A stretch of 64,000 bases of DNA from the human T2T-CHM13v2.0 reference genome, Homo sapiens, in NCBI RefSeq assembly GCF_009914755.1, contig NC_060929.1. One strand, written 5' to 3'. Made by a program: the position numbers and the translations under genes. The notes beneath the pieces were generated by a model. That model made no database searches. It saw nothing but the letters and a program-made list of their open reading frames with translations, and was not told where the DNA came from. Shown in pieces: positions 60,130 to 64,000 of the stretch; within the stretch, counting starts at the first letter, position 1; every line of letters starts with the position of its first letter.

Positions 60130-63102
60130 ACTGGGTTTCCATTTCCATTTGGATGTTTGGAAATAATTACTCTCACTTCCTCACCTGGAAAAGAGCTGAA
60201 AATATAAGTATCAACAACTCTTCAGAAATACATCAGAGGAGGGAGGTGACAAGGCAAACTGCTGACCCCAAAACTGGAGACACAGAAGAATACAGACATC
60301 TCCGCTTAACAGGAACAGAAACTTCTATAGCTAATAGCTAGTAGGAATGCTTAAACAGCAGTGAATAATTGCTGAAGGTCGAATGTTGGCTAGCTTCAGA
60401 GTTAAAACATCAGGGAAAAAGATGCAGATTTAGGGGGTCCCCATGCTTTTTTGAGTTTTACCTCTAGGAGATGAACCAGGGTCTCTCAACAAAGATCAGA
60501 GAAAAATGACATCTTGGTTCTAACAGGAAAAGGTGGGAAAGTGACCACTTTGAAATATGTCCAAAACATTTTATCCTCAAAATGATCCACCCGCAATAAA
60601 AATAATTTATCACAGACATAATTGACTTGTGTAAAGGGCAGTTAGTCAGCTCCAGCCATTTTTAGCCTTTTTATCTCACAGAAGAGTCGGGGAGAAAGAC
60701 TAAAAGCACTCTTGAAGGGCACAGCCCAGGTACTCTTGCCCATTAAGAAGAAAAAAACAAAGTGGTAATCACAAGATTATAGAAGGCTCGTCCTCTCCAA
60801 TACCTTAAAACCACATCTGCAATACTCCAGTATAATAATAATGGATTAAACATGAGAAAGTTATGAAACACAGACTCTGTGTGAAAAGGAGTTTCAAAAA
60901 CGAACGAACAACAACAACAACAACAAAAACAAAGATAAAAACACACACACACAAAAGACAACAGGGGAGACAAAAACAAGGACATTAAGGGAAATTGAAG
61001 CCTCTGATACCAGCAGCTGTAGTGAACATTAAACACGGCACAACTCTTAGCTAGATAAACAAAAATTCTCACACTGTATTTACCTTTTTTTTTCTTTTTA
61101 CCCAATGCATCATATCTTGCTTTCAATGAAAAACCACAAGACATGTAAAAGGCAAGAAAACAACAATCTGAAGAGACAAGTCAAGAATTCAGAATCAGAT
61201 ATGGCAGAAATTTTGGAATTATCAAACAGGGAAATTTAAAGTAACTGGGATTAATCTGCTAAGTAATCTAATGGAGAAAGTCAACAACATGCAAAAATAG
61301 ATGAGTAATGTGAACGAAAGATGAAAACTCTAACAAATAATCAAAAGGAAGTGCTGGAAATTAAAAAAAAATCTGTAGCAAAAATAAAGAATGTTTTTGA
61401 TGGATTCATCAGTAGACTGGACTCAGCTGAGAAAAGAATTAGTGACTTGAAGATATGTTAGAAACTTTCCAAACTGAAAGGCAAAGTAAAAAATGAAAAA
61501 ATGCAACAGAGTATTCAAGAACCATGGAACTATTACGAAAGTTCTAAATATGTGTAATGGGAATACAAGAAGAAGAATAAAAAGATAAGTGAACATAAGA
61601 ATTATTTTAAGTAATATTGGCTGATTAAAAAATAATAATAATGACCAACACCAAATTACAGATTTAGGAAGCACAAATCAAAGAAGACACAGAAAGATAA
61701 ATCCTAAAATGTAATCTATATGTAAGAATATCATATTTAAACTGCAGAAATGCAAAGGAAAACTTGAAGTATACCAAAGATAAAAGCACTTTATCTATAG
61801 AAAAATGATAGAGAAAAAAATATTCTACCAATTTAAAGTTTTGTATCCAGCTAAATTATTCTTCAAGTGAAAGAGAAATATTTTCCAAAATGGACAGATA
61901 CTGAGGAAATTTGTCACTAGTAGACCTGCCTTGCAAACGAAAAAGTTCAAATAAGTTTTTTTCAGAGGAAAGGAAAATTATATAGATCAGAAACTGATAT
62001 TTACATAAATTACAGAAGAGTACTAGAGAAGGAATATCAATGTAAAATAAAATCTTTAATTTTTTTACTCCTAATTGAGTTGAGATAAAATTTTTTTCAA
62101 AACAATAATGGCAACAATATACTGGGAGATTATTCCTTTTGGAAAAGTTAAATGAATAAAAGCAATGTTATAAGAGAAGGGAGATAAGAATTGGGAATAA
62201 TCTGTTATAATGTACCTATGCTATTTATAAAATGATATAGTGTTTTTGTAAAACGAACATGGATTGGTTATAAATGTATATTACAAGCTCTGGGGCACTT
62301 GCTAAAAATAAAAAATTAAGGACATACAGTTGATATGCTATGACAGGAGAGAAAAGGTAATCATGCAAAATGCTTAATAAAACCAAAGAAGGCAGAGAAA
62401 AGTATTTAAAATGACCCCCAAAATAAGTGCAACCAATAGAAAAGTTACAAATATGGTAGACATTCATTCAAATATATCAATTATCAAGTAAAATGGAAAT
62501 GGTCTAAATAACCCACTTGAGAGAGACGAAGAGAGTGGATTAAAAACAACGCCTAACTGTATGTTGTCTACAAAAAAACTTCTTTAAATATAAAAGCACA
62601 GACAGATTACAAGAGAAGGAGAATGATATAGCATGCTAACATTAGTTTTAATAAAAGATATAGTAGCTATATTAATTTCATACAAAATAATCTTCAGAGC
62701 AGGAAAAATTATGAGAGCCAAAGAGGTGCATTGAAAGATGATAAAGTGGTCATTCCTCCAAGAAGATATAACAATCCTTAATGTGTACTGGCCTAATAAC
62801 AAAGTTTCAGATATTGGAGGCAAAAATCAATAGAACTGCAAGGAGAAATAGATGAATCCACACACATATAGTCTACTGGTACTATTATAGAATAATTGGA
62901 CATCTACATGCAAAAGCATGAATCTATGCTGAATCTATGCACAAATCTTATAGCTTTCACAAAAGTTAGTTCAAAGTGGATCATAGCCCTAAATTTAAAA
63001 CATTACCCCCAAATTCCTAGAAGATAACATGGAAAACCTACCACCTACCACCTACTTAGTCTGAAAAGGCTACATTTTGTATGATCCCAAGTTTGTCTTT
63101 CA

Positions 63103-63153
<51 letters not shown>

Positions 63154-63475
63154 TAGAAAAAAACAAAACAAAAACTACCACCTACCCAGTCTGTAAAGGA
63201 TACATCTTGTATGATTATATGATTACAACTCTTTGTCATTCTCACAAATAAAAAACTATAGAGACAGTAAAAAGATCACCAGTTGCCAGCAGTTAGGGGT
63301 AGGGGAGCAATTCATAGATGAAGCACAGGGGATTTTGAGAGAGGAGAAATAATTCTGTAGGACACCAAATTGTGGATACATTCTAGTATGTATCTGTCAA
63401 AACTTTTAGTATTTTACAAGGCAAAGAATGAACCATAAGGTAAAATGTGGAATTTAGTTAATAAAAAGTTAATTA
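60130..63475 (+). mobile_element. Internally deleted L1MC/MD-type element
   Basis: ORF1-like and ORF2 start motifs (ggattaaaaacaac...tgtatgttgtctacaa; aagaagatataacaatccttaatgtg) and an L1MD/MC 3' end (aactatagagacagtaaaaagatc...gttgccag). Confidence 0.7.
63106..63151. repeat. (AC)23 perfect microsatellite
   Basis: Direct count from the sequence. Confidence 0.95.
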
Positions 63476-64000
63476 AAAATGAACCAAAGTTTAAGAAAAT
63501 CTATGTATTTGGAAATAAAGAAAAAAACTTCCTTATAATCCATAGTCAAAGAAAAATATCATGATAAAAACTAAAAAATAATGAATAATGAAAATATTAT
63601 GTATAAAACATATACAAGGAAACTAAACTATGTTTATGAGCAAATTTATTTTAGTGTATATTTTATGGTTTATGAATTAGACAATGAACAGCATATTAAA
63701 CCAAATAATGTTAAATAAAGAGTAAAGGCCATATGAGAAAATAACGAAATAGAAAACACCATAATAACAGTGGGTATCTACAAAGTCCAAAGTTAGTACT
63801 TTGATAAGAAAATAAAAACAGTCTCTACATATATTAAAATTAGGTAATAAGAGGATACAATAATGAAATTTATGACTAAAAATTTGAAAATTTAATTTCA
63901 AGGGCCAGATTTCTAGACAAGCACAAGTTACCAGAATCTTAAAGACGATAATTAGAAACATTGATTAATTTTATATCTGTTCAATATAACTGCTTTGACA

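Overview
AT-rich, repeat-dense human non-coding DNA. It is identified as human because it carries an L1HS-Ta element with the diagnostic ACA and G bases. No host protein-coding gene, tRNA, rRNA or CRISPR array can be supported. The long ORFs in the track are L1 ORF2 remnants, or GC-rich LTR, Alu and simple-repeat artefacts. The main elements are: (1) a Charlie1-type hAT fossil (~9.7-14.5 kb) holding nested insertions (MER96B > MaLR LTR + AluSc; a twin-primed, 5'-inverted L1PA3/4; a very young L1HS Ta-1); (2) an intact CpG-rich LTR12C solo LTR with a 4-bp TSD; (3) LTR1, MSTA, THE1C, MLT1, LTR47-like and LTR16-like solo LTRs; (4) long old L1M elements; (5) about 14 Alus, including a nested five-monomer array and a FAM monomer; (6) several local duplications, templated insertions and hairpins. 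I found no convincing new biological system. The best leads are the probably polymorphic L1HS-Ta1, which forms inverted and direct repeats with its neighbouring L1, the LTR12C promoter, and a few candidate exons. Repeat subfamily names come from recalled consensus sequences, not a database search, and the boundaries of old elements are approximate.
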